Source: a virus
Taxonomy: Duplodnaviria; Caudoviricetes
Virus record (IMG/VR): IMGVR_UViG_3300020316_000005
Location: 1-64,000 of that record
Reading direction: 5' to 3' (one strand)
Length of the DNA: 64,000 bases
The notes under the pieces were generated by a model that was not told where the DNA came from, ran no database searches, and saw only the letters and a program-made list of their open reading frames with translations. The position numbers were made by a program, and so were the translations under genes. Below, piece by piece: positions 44,566 to 54,250 of this stretch. Each line of letters starts with the position of its first letter. Within the stretch, counting starts at the first letter, position 1.

Positions 44566-47340
44566 TCAGTTAGTAACTTCAGCGAAACTAGAACCAGTTC
44601 TAGTTGCAGTGAAGGTGAGGGTGATGTAGTTGATCGAGCGGGTCGGCTTCACGAAGATCTCCGCGAAGAATTCGCCACGGTCGATTGCTTCTGCAGGGTT
44701 GTTGCTAGTGTCGCAAACAACCAAGAAGTCGATGATGCCACGACGGGACTGGACGGAACGCAGGAAGGGTTCCACAATGTTCTTGAACGAAGCGCGAGTA
44801 AACTCGTCATTCAGTTCAAACAGTTGTGTCTTAGCAGCGGACGCGATTGCATCTTCCAGAACCAGGAACAGACGACGGACGTTGATTCTGTCGAATGCGG
44901 ACTGGTAAGAAAGAGCAGTCTTGTCACCGAAGAGGACGATACCCTGACCAGGGAATGCCACGACGGGGTTGACACGTGCTGCGTACAAGCGATCTCTGTG
45001 ATCCTTCAGAGGGGAGTAAGACAGTTTGATTGCGTTACGGAGTTGTCCTCTGTTGAAACCAGCAGGAGAGAACCAAGCCTCAGAGTTGAGGGTTGTGCTC
45101 AGAACAAGACCTGCAACGTCAGCGTTACAAGGGATGTAACGATACTTGTCGTTGTACTTGTCGTAGATGTACTTGTAGTTGTTATCGAACACCGCGTAAG
45201 AGGTGCTGCTCAACTGATTGAAGAAGTCAATCGTACGGTTGACGATGACGTTAGTGTCGGACTGACCGATCACATCGCCACGTGAGGGAGAAACAAATGC
45301 GAGGCAATCCTTACGGGTTGCTGCAATGTCAATGATCTTCTGTGCTTTAGCGACTGTATCGCTAGTGTCTGCCATCGAGGGACCCATCAGGATGTAATCA
45401 ACATCGATGGTTTCCTTGTCAGCAACCAGGTCGTAAGAACCGAGGATCTCGCCACGTGCCAGGGTGTAACCGTCAGCACCACCTTGGAGGTGGAAGGTTG
45501 CGGTAGAACCGTGTGCAGTACCGATGATCTCGCGACCAAGGGATGTTTCGTTAGTCTTGATAGCAGCAGTTTGCTTGATCAGGTCGAATGTGCGGGACAC
45601 ACCAGACTGACCGAAACCACCGTTGTTCACGGAGTCAACGTCAAAGATGCTGCCAGTTTCGTGAGAACCCCAGTAGATGTACTGAGAGTTGTTCTTGATA
45701 ACGTCTGCATAGTAGACTGTCTCGCCCTGTGTACCACGTGCGTCAGTTGCCTTAGACACGAACAGGAACTTCTCAAGGACAGATCCAGGAGTACCAGTCA
45801 GTTTGCCGTCACCATCAAGGATGAGGATGTGCATCTGGTCATCAGCACCACCACGGTCAGCGACCCAAGGAGATGTGCCAGGACGAGGTGCGACAGATGC
45901 CCAACGCTGACCACCACCGAAATAACGCTCGTCATACTCAGAGCGGACGGAAGCAACGTTTACGTTAGGTGAACCAGAAGCGTTGTCGTCAGACAGGGTG
46001 TAGTTTGCTTCGTAGCGGTTTGCGTTTGCATCGTTGATGACGTGCAGTTGACGGTCGATAGACTCGACAGTTGCCTTGTCACCAGTTCTTGTACCACCAG
46101 TCTCAGCGGTCCAGAGTGCGATCACATCGCCAACTTCCAGCACGTCAGAAGACAGTGAGTAGTTAACGTCGATCTCAATCTTGCGAGTCAGTGGATCGTA
46201 TGCTTTAACCTGACCTTGGACAGGGATGGAGACTGCGCTACCATCTTCTGCTCTCCAATACTCGTTGACGTTGAAGTCACCAGTAATGGTTCCAGAGTCC
46301 AGAGTTGCAACGATGTTGTAACGATAGATCTTAGCGGTAGCGTTTGCTGCGCTGTAGGAAACATCAGTTGTGCTGCCGAATTCCCACTCAGCAGTGGTAG
46401 GTTGTGTGAGAGACAGGATCTGGTCTGCACCAGCGTCAGTCATCACAACACGGAGGGAGTTACCGTAGAGACCAGGGTGACGTGCACCGAACTTCCAGGA
46501 GTTGGAACCAGACTCAACGCTGGACTCATACTCTTCAAGGTTCTTGATGAGAGGAGCAACCACACCAGAGGAAGTGGTTTCGTTGATTGTGGTCTTGGAA
46601 GCAGTAACAGTCAGTTTGGTGACGGTCTGAGAATCGGTCTGTGCTGCTGCGGTAGTACCGAGTTCGCCACGAGTGACGGTCAGGTCATTACCAGAGATGC
46701 CAGAAACGCGAAGAATTTCGTCAGAGATCTTGATGTAATCGTTGATCGTCACACCCAGTGTTGCCACAGAGGTCACGGTCAGAGTTGTACCACCAGCTGC
46801 CAGAGTACCGCCCTGGTTCATTGTGGTGCTTGTGCCTGCATCTTCGATCAGAGTGACAGCAGCGCCACCAGCGTGAGAAGTTGCTGCGGTTGCGAGTTGA
46901 CCACGTTGGACAGTCAGGTCGTTACCAGTGATAACTGTAACGCGAAGAATTTCAGCGTCGATCAGCAAGAAATCGTTCTGTGCGATGTCTGCAGAAGATG
47001 CCACTGTCAAAGTGGTGTCCGATGCACTGAAAGTTGTGACTGTAGTCTGAGCAGTATCAATCGCGTTCTTCAGCGCGGCGCTGTTAGCACGGATGACTTT
47101 GAGGGTTCCGCCGTAAAGAAGGAACTGTGATGCTGTATACCAGTATTCGTAGTTGTAGTCGTTGGGGCGTCCAAACACAGAGAGAAGTTCTTTCTCTGAT
47201 GTAATGTCAACAATCTTGTTGACGGGACCCTTTTCAAAGGAACCGACGATCACCGCAACATTATCAAGGGTTGCGTTTGCAACCGTAGTCAGATCCTTTT
47301 CAAGAACAACGACCCCTGGCGAAAGTTGGGTAGATGCCAT
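44566..47340 (-). CDS. g18: Tail sheath protein gp18 (924 aa, with insertions)
   Basis: SPGV..E.DLT, WFSPAG.NRG, DRINVRRLF, KPTRSINYI. Confidence 0.97.
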   Translation of the reverse strand: MASTQLSPGVVVLEKDLTTVANATLDNVAVIVGSFEKGPVNKIVDITSEKELLSVFGRPNDYNYEYWYTASQFLLYGGTLKVIRANSAALKNAIDTAQTTVTTFSASDTTLTVASSADIAQNDFLLIDAEILRVTVITGNDLTVQRGQLATAATSHAGGAAVTLIEDAGTSTTMNQGGTLAAGGTTLTVTSVATLGVTINDYIKISDEILRVSGISGNDLTVTRGELGTTAAAQTDSQTVTKLTVTASKTTINETTSSGVVAPLIKNLEEYESSVESGSNSWKFGARHPGLYGNSLRVVMTDAGADQILSLTQPTTAEWEFGSTTDVSYSAANATAKIYRYNIVATLDSGTITGDFNVNEYWRAEDGSAVSIPVQGQVKAYDPLTRKIEIDVNYSLSSDVLEVGDVIALWTAETGGTRTGDKATVESIDRQLHVINDANANRYEANYTLSDDNASGSPNVNVASVRSEYDERYFGGGQRWASVAPRPGTSPWVADRGGADDQMHILILDGDGKLTGTPGSVLEKFLFVSKATDARGTQGETVYYADVIKNNSQYIYWGSHETGSIFDVDSVNNGGFGQSGVSRTFDLIKQTAAIKTNETSLGREIIGTAHGSTATFHLQGGADGYTLARGEILGSYDLVADKETIDVDYILMGPSMADTSDTVAKAQKIIDIAATRKDCLAFVSPSRGDVIGQSDTNVIVNRTIDFFNQLSSTSYAVFDNNYKYIYDKYNDKYRYIPCNADVAGLVLSTTLNSEAWFSPAGFNRGQLRNAIKLSYSPLKDHRDRLYAARVNPVVAFPGQGIVLFGDKTALSYQSAFDRINVRRLFLVLEDAIASAAKTQLFELNDEFTRASFKNIVEPFLRSVQSRRGIIDFLVVCDTSNNPAEAIDRGEFFAEIFVKPTRSINYITLTFTATRTGSSFAEVTN

Positions 47341-47380
47341 TGCTTAATCTCCTGAAAATTCTTCAAATCTTTTCTAATAA

Positions 47381-47388
47381 TATTTAGA
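47381..47388 (-). promoter_or_regulatory. Late promoter TCTAAATA for g18
   Basis: Intergenic, about 40 nt upstream. Confidence 0.65.
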
Positions 47389-47426
47389 ATTACCGATGTT
47401 TCAGGAGGGGAAACAGAACGTGAACA

Positions 47427-47663
47427 TTACCAGTCTGGGTAGTCAGTTTCCAGTCTGGTTCTATATCTTCTCCTCTTCCTACTTTTACTGACTCTCTTTA
47501 TTGTGCAATACTTACACTCGTATGAATATGCTGATGGGTTCGACCCTCTATCAGGTCTTGTCTTATAGAAATGTTCTAGTAAATCGAGCTTGCGAAGACA
47601 CGTCCTGCACTGTCGTTCTTTGAACAGGAAATGCTCTAGTTCAAACTCATCATCTAGATTCAT
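47427..47663 (-). CDS. Small Cys4 zinc-finger protein
   Basis: CRTC...CKYC with basic tail. Confidence 0.7.
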   Translation of the reverse strand: MNLDDEFELEHFLFKERQCRTCLRKLDLLEHFYKTRPDRGSNPSAYSYECKYCTIKRVSKSRKRRRYRTRLETDYPDW

Positions 47664-49312
47664 CTATATTCCCACATAAAGGATCTATCACCATACTCAT
47701 CAGTATGCCACACCTGCCCTTCTGGATCGACGAATGAGGTCTCTTGTAGACCATCATCCATAAACCCAAATGGTGCCATATCTGCTTCGATCGCTTCACG
47801 CTGTTCTTGATACATCCTTGCTCGGATGTCATTATCGTGCAGTTCCTTAAAGTAATCCTGCACTGCCAACCAGGAGAACATTACCAGACACATTGCCAAG
47901 TCATCGTGACAACCTTCTTCTGCCTGCCAGGACTGTCCTTTCTGAATGAACGTAGTCAGTTCAGCAATGATGTCATAGTCAGACAGCAATAGTTTGTCAG
48001 CTTCAATCAACTGCTTAAGGTTAGAACATCCAACCTTCTTAACTGCGGTTGACATCTTGACTCCAAGTTGTACCTTGCCACCAGAGAATCCTTGACCAAC
48101 AACCTGACCAGCACGACCACGCATTGCTGCCATCAGGAGGTTGTCATATTCAAGATCGTATTGTATGATGTCTGCAACTTGACCACCGATGTCATTAACC
48201 TCCACAAGAACGTAAGCGTGATTATACGCTTTAGCAGTCTCAGTAATAATATCGGGGAATAGTAATGGTTTTATTTCGTTATTTCTATACTTCGCTACCA
48301 ATTTATATGGTACAGTCGTAGTATCGAAAACAGTAAATGCTGAGTAGTCACCATCGATTCCTCTGGCAACGTCAACAGTCATCGTATAATTATGATCTTT
48401 TTCTGGTTGTGTGTAAACATCCAAACCATTACTGCTTGTTGCTGGATCATCGTATGCCATCACACGCAACTTGCTTGGCGAGATCAGGGTATCAACAGAT
48501 CCCAGGAACTCACATTCAAACTCAACACGGAACTGCTGTTCGGACGTGTTGCGGATAGTTTGTTCTTTCCACTTCTGATCTCTTCCTGGTACCTGAGACC
48601 AGTGAACTTCTGTAGGAATATATTCGTTAGTACCACGCTCGGCATCGTGCCAAAGCTTGTAGTACATATTCATCCCGTGTGGGGTAGAGATGATAATAAC
48701 TTTGGTAGATTTACCAGACGAAATAGTAGGATAAACAGAACTAAAGAACTGCTCAGCAATATTATTCGGAACGAACGCAAATTCGTCCAGAAAAATAACA
48801 TTGAAAGACATACCCCTGACGGCAGAAGCAGAAGTAGATGCAGCCAGGATACGAGAGCCGTTCTCCAGTTCCACTGACCCTCGGTTCCACGCAATAATAC
48901 CTTGCTGCATCCACTTAGGAAGATTCTCGTAAGAGAGTTGTAAGCGTCCAAGCATCTCTCTAGCGGTTGCTGCTTTGTTTGCGAGGATTGCGACATTAAC
49001 GTTATCAGTAAAAATCACGTACCACAAAAGGTACGCTGTAACAACAGTGGACTTACCAGACTGACGAGGTAGTTTAGCAATATTAAATCTATTCTCGTGG
49101 AAGTTTGTGACCATCTTCTCTTGAAAATCATACAAGTTGAAGTTGATCACACCCTCATCCAGAGAGACAATCTTGATATAATTTTTGATGAAGTAGACTG
49201 GATCTTGGCTGCACTTAATAAACTCCTCCACCTGTTCAGGCGTGAAGTTAGTTGTAGCGTTTGCTTTCTTTAGGTTAGGATTACCTAAGTATACAGATTT
49301 ATCAGTCGTCAT
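47660..49312 (-). CDS. g17: Terminase large subunit gp17
   Basis: PRQSGKS, FLDEFAF, DVARG, HDDL. Confidence 0.98.
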   Translation of the reverse strand: MTTDKSVYLGNPNLKKANATTNFTPEQVEEFIKCSQDPVYFIKNYIKIVSLDEGVINFNLYDFQEKMVTNFHENRFNIAKLPRQSGKSTVVTAYLLWYVIFTDNVNVAILANKAATAREMLGRLQLSYENLPKWMQQGIIAWNRGSVELENGSRILAASTSASAVRGMSFNVIFLDEFAFVPNNIAEQFFSSVYPTISSGKSTKVIIISTPHGMNMYYKLWHDAERGTNEYIPTEVHWSQVPGRDQKWKEQTIRNTSEQQFRVEFECEFLGSVDTLISPSKLRVMAYDDPATSSNGLDVYTQPEKDHNYTMTVDVARGIDGDYSAFTVFDTTTVPYKLVAKYRNNEIKPLLFPDIITETAKAYNHAYVLVEVNDIGGQVADIIQYDLEYDNLLMAAMRGRAGQVVGQGFSGGKVQLGVKMSTAVKKVGCSNLKQLIEADKLLLSDYDIIAELTTFIQKGQSWQAEEGCHDDLAMCLVMFSWLAVQDYFKELHDNDIRARMYQEQREAIEADMAPFGFMDDGLQETSFVDPEGQVWHTDEYGDRSFMWEYR

Positions 49313-49604
49313 CTAAATGTTCATCCTCATAGGTAGATGGTTCATCAAATAATTCATCCATCTTTAATTTATGTATTCTTTCTGACAATTCTTTGTAATC
49401 CTCGTCAGGTAGTTTATCGAACTTAGCAGTCATCAGAGTTCCAGTATCTCCTTTGAGTTCAGAAATTTCAGGATGTGATTTATAGTTTGGTTTCTTTTGA
49501 TAACCAGCACGTTCCCCCATAATCATCCAACCTTGAATGACCATAGAAATAGCAATACCCATTAGTACCAACCAAGGTACAAAAAAGAGTATATGGTAAT
49601 CCAT
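49302..49604 (-). CDS. DUF2973-like membrane protein
   Basis: N-terminal TM followed by an HPE motif. Confidence 0.55.
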   Translation of the reverse strand: MDYHILFFVPWLVLMGIAISMVIQGWMIMGERAGYQKKPNYKSHPEISELKGDTGTLMTAKFDKLPDEDYKELSERIHKLKMDELFDEPSTYEDEHLDDD

Positions 49605-50066
49605 TTATTCGACTAGAGTACCGTACCTTCTTCTAATCTCACGAAGCTCTTCAAAATCTTTCTTCTTTGTACCACCGTCATATTCCCAAGCATACCCTTC
49701 GGTAATCATCTGCTCGTTCAGCGATACCTCTGCATCTCCAATATATAACCAACCAAGAAGGCGACCATACTTACCCATACCACCAACCAGTTCAGTTCTA
49801 ATACAGAGTTCATCATCGCCAGCGATAGCTCCCTCTAGTTTTTCTTTCATCCAGTTAGTAGCGTCGATTCCTAACGCCTTCTCTTCGAGATCTCTCGTTC
49901 TTTTCTCTGGCGTATCAACGCCTGCAATTCTAACTCTTTCTTTCTTGTATAAGTCAAACCCAAGATCAATGGTGACATCAATAGTATCGCCGTCAAGAAC
50001 ACGGTTTATCTCCGTCACTCGGAAGTTGTAGCAGCTCTTCCTGCTCGGTGGCACCATCGCTCCCAT
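49605..50066 (-). CDS. Staphylococcal nuclease (SNase)-like protein
   Basis: VLDGDTI, RIAGVDTPE, GKYGRLLG, GYA. Confidence 0.88.
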   Translation of the reverse strand: MGAMVPPSRKSCYNFRVTEINRVLDGDTIDVTIDLGFDLYKKERVRIAGVDTPEKRTRDLEEKALGIDATNWMKEKLEGAIAGDDELCIRTELVGGMGKYGRLLGWLYIGDAEVSLNEQMITEGYAWEYDGGTKKKDFEELREIRRRYGTLVE

Positions 50067-50199
50067 TAGATTCTCGCTCATCAATACCTAATATATAGAC
50101 GATCACATAAAAAACACAAGCAAGAAGTATCACCAAACACCAAACGATACTCCAAGTGACATCATTTACATCTTCTAATGGGCGAAGGAAGAGATTCAC
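49993..50199 (-). CDS. Small single-TM protein
   Basis: TWSIVWCLVILLACVFYVIVYILGI. Confidence 0.6.
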   Translation of the reverse strand: MNLFLRPLEDVNDVTWSIVWCLVILLACVFYVIVYILGIDERESNGSDGATEQEELLQLPSDGDKPCS

Positions 50200-51530
50200 T
50201 CAGGATACTCCCAATTTGTTATGAATTGTGTTTTGTGAGATGGTCCCCAAGTACCAGCTGTGTAGAGATATGGTGTTGTTCTAATCTTACAGTTATCTCC
50301 AACACACAGAAGATCATCTACAATACGCCAAGATTCAAGAACTTCTTCTGCGTGTACAAAGTGTGACTGATTTCCTGCCATCGCTTCATACAGAAGTTTT
50401 GTATATCCTTGACTTGCATTCTCCATTGGATAATCGTGACTGAGAGTTGCTAGTTCAACACTCTCATCAAGTCCAGGTTTCTTAATATCAATACGAATAT
50501 CAAGGTGAGCATTTGGTTGGAAGCGCATTACGATACGATCGTTTGCTTCGTGTCCATCAAACAACTGCTGAGGTGGAGACTTGAGTTTTACAACAACCTC
50601 CACACAACCATATGGTAGGTTCTTTCCAGTCATATAATAGAAAGGAACTCCCTGCCATCTCCAGTTGTCAACATAAATGTCACCCGCAACGAATGTGGGA
50701 ACTTCACTGTTTGAATCAACTCCATCTTCTTCCCTATAACCAATGTATTGACCTGGGATAAGATTCTTACCAAGGCGCATTGCAGCAAGAACTTTCACCT
50801 TCTCACGACGGATTTCTCGTGCATCTAGTTTTGATGGTGGTTCCATAGCAACCAGAGAGATAATCTGAAGCAGATGATTCTGCAACATATCTCTGATAAC
50901 ACCTGATCCCTCATAATATTGAGACCGACCTTCACAACCGATAGTTTCAGTTGCATAGATCTGGACCTCATCTATGTAATTGCGGTTCCATAGAGGTTCC
51001 AACAGAATGTTGCTAAACCGTGTAGCAAGAATATTGTTGACAGTATCTTTGCCAAGATAATGGTCAATGCGATAGACTTGTTTTTCGCGTAAATATCGCT
51101 GAACCACAGACTGTAAATGATCAGCAGATTTATAGTCGTGCCCAAAGGGTTTCTCAATAACCACACGGGATGTTTCGGGGTTATCGAGGAGTCCTGCTTC
51201 TTTGAGATTGATGATAGCATCTTCATATCTCTCTGGGGGTACAGATAAAAAGTAGGTTACATCTTCTGCCTGAGGTAAGCACTGTAGAGATTCAACCTTA
51301 GTCAGGTCAGATGGTTGGTAATCGAGGTGATGCAAAAATTCTTCTGGATACTCACCAAGAGATTCCTTCCACTGCGTCACAGTAGGTTCTCTCCTGGCAG
51401 TACCAGTAATTAAAAGATTGTCTTCGAGAAGACCTCTCTCCCAAAGTTTGTGGAGTGCAGGGATAAGTTTCTTCTTACAAAGATCACCAGTCGCACCAAA
51501 GATAACTAATTGTTTAGTGCGCTGTTCCAT
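50196..51530 (-). CDS. zwf: Glucose-6-phosphate dehydrogenase
   Basis: FGATGDL, EKPFG, RIDHYLGK, DMLQNH; start trimmed because the upstream extension overlaps ndhP. Confidence 0.97.
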   Translation of the reverse strand: MEQRTKQLVIFGATGDLCKKKLIPALHKLWERGLLEDNLLITGTARREPTVTQWKESLGEYPEEFLHHLDYQPSDLTKVESLQCLPQAEDVTYFLSVPPERYEDAIINLKEAGLLDNPETSRVVIEKPFGHDYKSADHLQSVVQRYLREKQVYRIDHYLGKDTVNNILATRFSNILLEPLWNRNYIDEVQIYATETIGCEGRSQYYEGSGVIRDMLQNHLLQIISLVAMEPPSKLDAREIRREKVKVLAAMRLGKNLIPGQYIGYREEDGVDSNSEVPTFVAGDIYVDNWRWQGVPFYYMTGKNLPYGCVEVVVKLKSPPQQLFDGHEANDRIVMRFQPNAHLDIRIDIKKPGLDESVELATLSHDYPMENASQGYTKLLYEAMAGNQSHFVHAEEVLESWRIVDDLLCVGDNCKIRTTPYLYTAGTWGPSHKTQFITNWEYPE

Positions 51531-51645
51531 TTCCGTCATAGTCGTCTGAGTCATAGTAATTATTTTCACCTTTTCGTATCCCGAAATAGATGGTGGATAG
51601 TACAAAGGGTACTGCTGCCCAAAGTAAGACATCAGAGAATATCAT
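51514..51645 (-). CDS. ndhP: NDH-1L subunit NdhP homolog (43 aa, not in ORF track)
   Basis: MIFSDVLLWAAVPFVLSTIYFGIRKGENNYYDSDDYDGNGTAH; TM plus YD.D.Y.GNG.AH C-terminus as in cyanobacterial NdhP. Confidence 0.8.
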   Translation of the reverse strand: MIFSDVLLWAAVPFVLSTIYFGIRKGENNYYDSDDYDGNGTAH

Positions 51646-51790
51646 TGTTAGGACCTAATCCAAGGGACGCAAGGTAATCAATCCACCATTGTGGATTTTT
51701 ATTATACTTCCAATTCGGAACAGGTTTTCCCTGCTCCGAATAGTATTCTTCGAGTGCACTATCTATAGTCTGTGCGATCTCCATATTCAT
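51632..51790 (-). CDS. Small hypothetical protein
   Basis: EYYSEQGKPVPNW...PQWWIDYL; start uncertain. Confidence 0.55.
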   Translation of the reverse strand: MNMEIAQTIDSALEEYYSEQGKPVPNWKYNKNPQWWIDYLASLGLGPNNDIL

Positions 51791-51971
51791 CTTCCTCCGA
51801 GTCAACATCTTCATACGGGTTCTCCACAAAGGGTCCTCGTTTTCGTAGAGGTTCTTGTCTGACATAATCCGACTCAGCATTGATAGCGGACATCCACACT
51901 GCTACTTTCATTACTATGTAGATAACCGCGAGGGGAACAAAGCATAGAAACAGTGTGAATTGTGATTTCAT
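51759..51971 (-). CDS. Small single-TM protein
   Basis: LFLCFVPLAVIYIVMKVAVWM; ATGA overlap with gnd. Confidence 0.6.
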   Translation of the reverse strand: MKSQFTLFLCFVPLAVIYIVMKVAVWMSAINAESDYVRQEPLRKRGPFVENPYEDVDSEEDEYGDRTDYR

Positions 51972-53032
51972 CTGACGTTGTGACCTCCGAATTTGAATCG
52001 CATTCCATTGAGAACTCTGTTTGCAAAGTTACCTAATCTTCGAGAGTTGAACCTCTCAAATAGTGCAGTGCTAAGGACAGGAGTGGGAACGCCAAGATCC
52101 ACAGCAGCGTGAACAGTCCAACGCCCTTCACCACTGTCTGATACTCCCCCATCAAATCTGCTAAGCTCGTGATCGCTCCGTAGTACATCAGCGGCAAGGT
52201 CAAGTAACCAAGAACCAACAACGCTACCACGACGCCAAAGCTCAGCCACCTCAGCAGTGTCAATGTCATAGCAATAGGACTCAGGGTCTGCCATAGGCGC
52301 AACCTCAGCGTCTCCTTCTTTGACGTATCTTGATCCTGCATTTGCCTCGTGGATAATGTTGAAACCTTCGGCATACGCCTGCATAATTCCATACTCTACA
52401 CCATTGTGAACCATCTTCACAAAATGACCTGCTCCAGGCGGTCCACAATGCAACCAACCGTGTTCACTACTGGACTCATAATCATATGGGTCTGTACGAG
52501 CGGCAGATCCGATGCCTGGGGCGAGTGCCCTAAAGATAGGAGCGCAGGCGGATACTGCAGTAGTTGCACCACCAACCATAAGACAGTATCCACGGTCCAG
52601 ACCGTAAACACCACCAGAAGTGCCGCAGTCAATATATTGGATACCCAATTTAGCCAGACGCTCTGCCCTTTTCCGACTGTCCTTAAAATTGCTATTGCCG
52701 TTATCAATAATAATATCTCCTTCACTACAAAATTGTAGTAGCTCATTGATTGTGTCCTCTACGGTTTCTGCTGGTACAACCATCATAAAAATGCCTGGTT
52801 GCTCAGAGATGATTGTCTCTCCAGACTTCTCCCCATAAATGGATTTCTTTTCCTTGACTACTTGAACAAGGCTTTCCAAAGAAGTGGTACATCCACTGAT
52901 ATAACCCGCTTCATATTGTTTACAAGCTTTTTCATAATTGTTTCTGTAACCGTGAACTTCAATACCTGCTTTGATCATACGACGAGACATACCCTCGCCC
53001 ATACGACCCAGACCAATCATTCCTACTTTCAT
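51968..53032 (-). CDS. gnd: 6-phosphogluconate dehydrogenase (short type)
   Basis: IGLGRMG, DCGTSGG, GHFVKMVHNGVEYG, DSGEGRW, FGGH. Confidence 0.97.
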   Translation of the reverse strand: MKVGMIGLGRMGEGMSRRMIKAGIEVHGYRNNYEKACKQYEAGYISGCTTSLESLVQVVKEKKSIYGEKSGETIISEQPGIFMMVVPAETVEDTINELLQFCSEGDIIIDNGNSNFKDSRKRAERLAKLGIQYIDCGTSGGVYGLDRGYCLMVGGATTAVSACAPIFRALAPGIGSAARTDPYDYESSSEHGWLHCGPPGAGHFVKMVHNGVEYGIMQAYAEGFNIIHEANAGSRYVKEGDAEVAPMADPESYCYDIDTAEVAELWRRGSVVGSWLLDLAADVLRSDHELSRFDGGVSDSGEGRWTVHAAVDLGVPTPVLSTALFERFNSRRLGNFANRVLNGMRFKFGGHNVR

Positions 53033-53217
53033 TTTGATTCGTTAATAAAATACTCTGGTAGGGGGCATCCCTTGAAATTTTGAATCTCGTCCACAGCGAG
53101 AACGAACATAGTTACAAATCCTAAACAGAATGCAAATAGCATCTGTGGGAAGTTATAGTTACAGTCGTTTGCTGTAGGATCTTCTGGCTCATCATCGTGT
53201 GGAAATCGCATCCGCAT
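53029..53217 (-). CDS. Small single-TM protein
   Basis: MLFAFCLGFVTMFVLAV; coupled on both sides. Confidence 0.55.
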   Translation of the reverse strand: MRMRFPHDDEPEDPTANDCNYNFPQMLFAFCLGFVTMFVLAVDEIQNFKGCPLPEYFINESK

Positions 53218-53717
53218 CAGATCATCTCCATTGCTTTATGTAGTTCCGCCGAATGTTCGAGTTCATCATTCAAGATCTCAAGGATCTTTTCATCAGGACC
53301 TTCCAAAGCAAGATACTTTGCATAGGTCTCTGCTGCGTGAATCTCAACCTCTTCTGCTAGATGATAAGCATACTTTGGAGCAAGAAGATAATAGACCACG
53401 TTACTCCAATAGTAGACAAGAACCAGATGATAAGCGAAAAAGCGATCAATCCAATGATCAGCTCCTCCACGTCTCTCCATTTCTTGTAAATGTTCTGTTT
53501 CATTTACCGTTTGTTGAAAGTGTTCTCTCATTAGGTAAAAATGCGTCTCGGTCCTTAGACCTAGAGACTCCCTAAAATGAAGTACACTTAGAAAGGCAAA
53601 GTATGGTGCTCGTGCAATTACCTCAAGCACCCAGAAACGTTGAAAGTATCGACCTCTATAAAGAGAATCGATTATGAAAACTGTTAAATCGAGAATTGCT
53701 GTGTTGACTTTTTTCAT
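53217..53717 (-). CDS. ptoX: Plastoquinol terminal oxidase (PTOX)
   Basis: LEVIARAPYF, NETEHL, EIHAAETY, DELEH di-iron motifs. Confidence 0.93.
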   Translation of the reverse strand: MKKVNTAILDLTVFIIDSLYRGRYFQRFWVLEVIARAPYFAFLSVLHFRESLGLRTETHFYLMREHFQQTVNETEHLQEMERRGGADHWIDRFFAYHLVLVYYWSNVVYYLLAPKYAYHLAEEVEIHAAETYAKYLALEGPDEKILEILNDELEHSAELHKAMEMI

Positions 53718-53863
53718 TTGTGCTTCCTCACGAAAGGTTCCCAGTGTTCCCAACCATATTTGTGCACTAAGTGCATACCAATGATAGGAACGAAAACTAA
53801 AAGGAAGCAGAGACTACCTAGAAAGAACTCATTGTTCACTAGGTGTCTGACGACAACTAGCAT
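53714..53863 (-). CDS. Small single-TM protein coupled to PTOX (49 aa, not in ORF track)
   Basis: MLVVVRHLVNNEFFLGSLCFLLVFVPIIGMHLVHKYGWEHWEPF...; ATGA overlap with PTOX. Confidence 0.65.
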   Translation of the reverse strand: MLVVVRHLVNNEFFLGSLCFLLVFVPIIGMHLVHKYGWEHWEPFVRKHK

Positions 53864-54011
53864 TTTCTACATACCCCTTGAATGAATTTGACATATCACG
53901 GTACCCAGAGCCCACATAGATCTGTCCACCAACAACCGCTATGGTTGCAATGCCCCAAAAAATGTAATACCACTGGGATTTGATTTGATGCTTTTTAGAT
54001 TTTTTACACAT
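53829..54011 (-). CDS. Small single-TM protein
   Basis: KSQWYYIFWGIATIAVVGGQIYVG. Confidence 0.6.
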   Translation of the reverse strand: MCKKSKKHQIKSQWYYIFWGIATIAVVGGQIYVGSGYRDMSNSFKGYVENASCRQTPSEQ

Positions 54012-54250
54012 TATGAAAGTTGATCGACAATAGGTTTAATGATGTTAATATCTATCCCTGCAAATGGTGGGATTTTGCCTACCATTCTAAGCATTCCATC
54101 GAGAAAAGCAGCGAACACAATGGCACCTAACCATATCGAAATCAAAGATGCGTTACGGTTGTGTCTTGTGATCGCTTTATCGATCATATACTGGGCTTCC
54201 TCTTTACTGATATAATGAGGGGGATCCAGTTTTTCAAATCTGTGAGTCAT
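54011..54250 (-). CDS. Small membrane protein
   Basis: HNRNASLISIWLGAIVFAAFLDGMLR. Confidence 0.65.
   Translation of the reverse strand: MTHRFEKLDPPHYISKEEAQYMIDKAITRHNRNASLISIWLGAIVFAAFLDGMLRMVGKIPPFAGIDINIIKPIVDQLS

Noticed and set aside
43869-47130. Several long plus-strand ORFs opposite g18/g19
   Set aside because: Codon-bias shadows of structural genes.
47427-47663. Possible homing endonuclease or mobile element between g17 and g18
   Set aside because: Only a Cys4 finger, no nuclease domain; no intron or intein evident in g17, g41, g43 or g46.
51531-51632. N-terminal 34 aa of the 478 aa zwf ORF
   Set aside because: Overlaps ndhP in another frame; G6PDH homology begins at MEQRTKQLVIFG.
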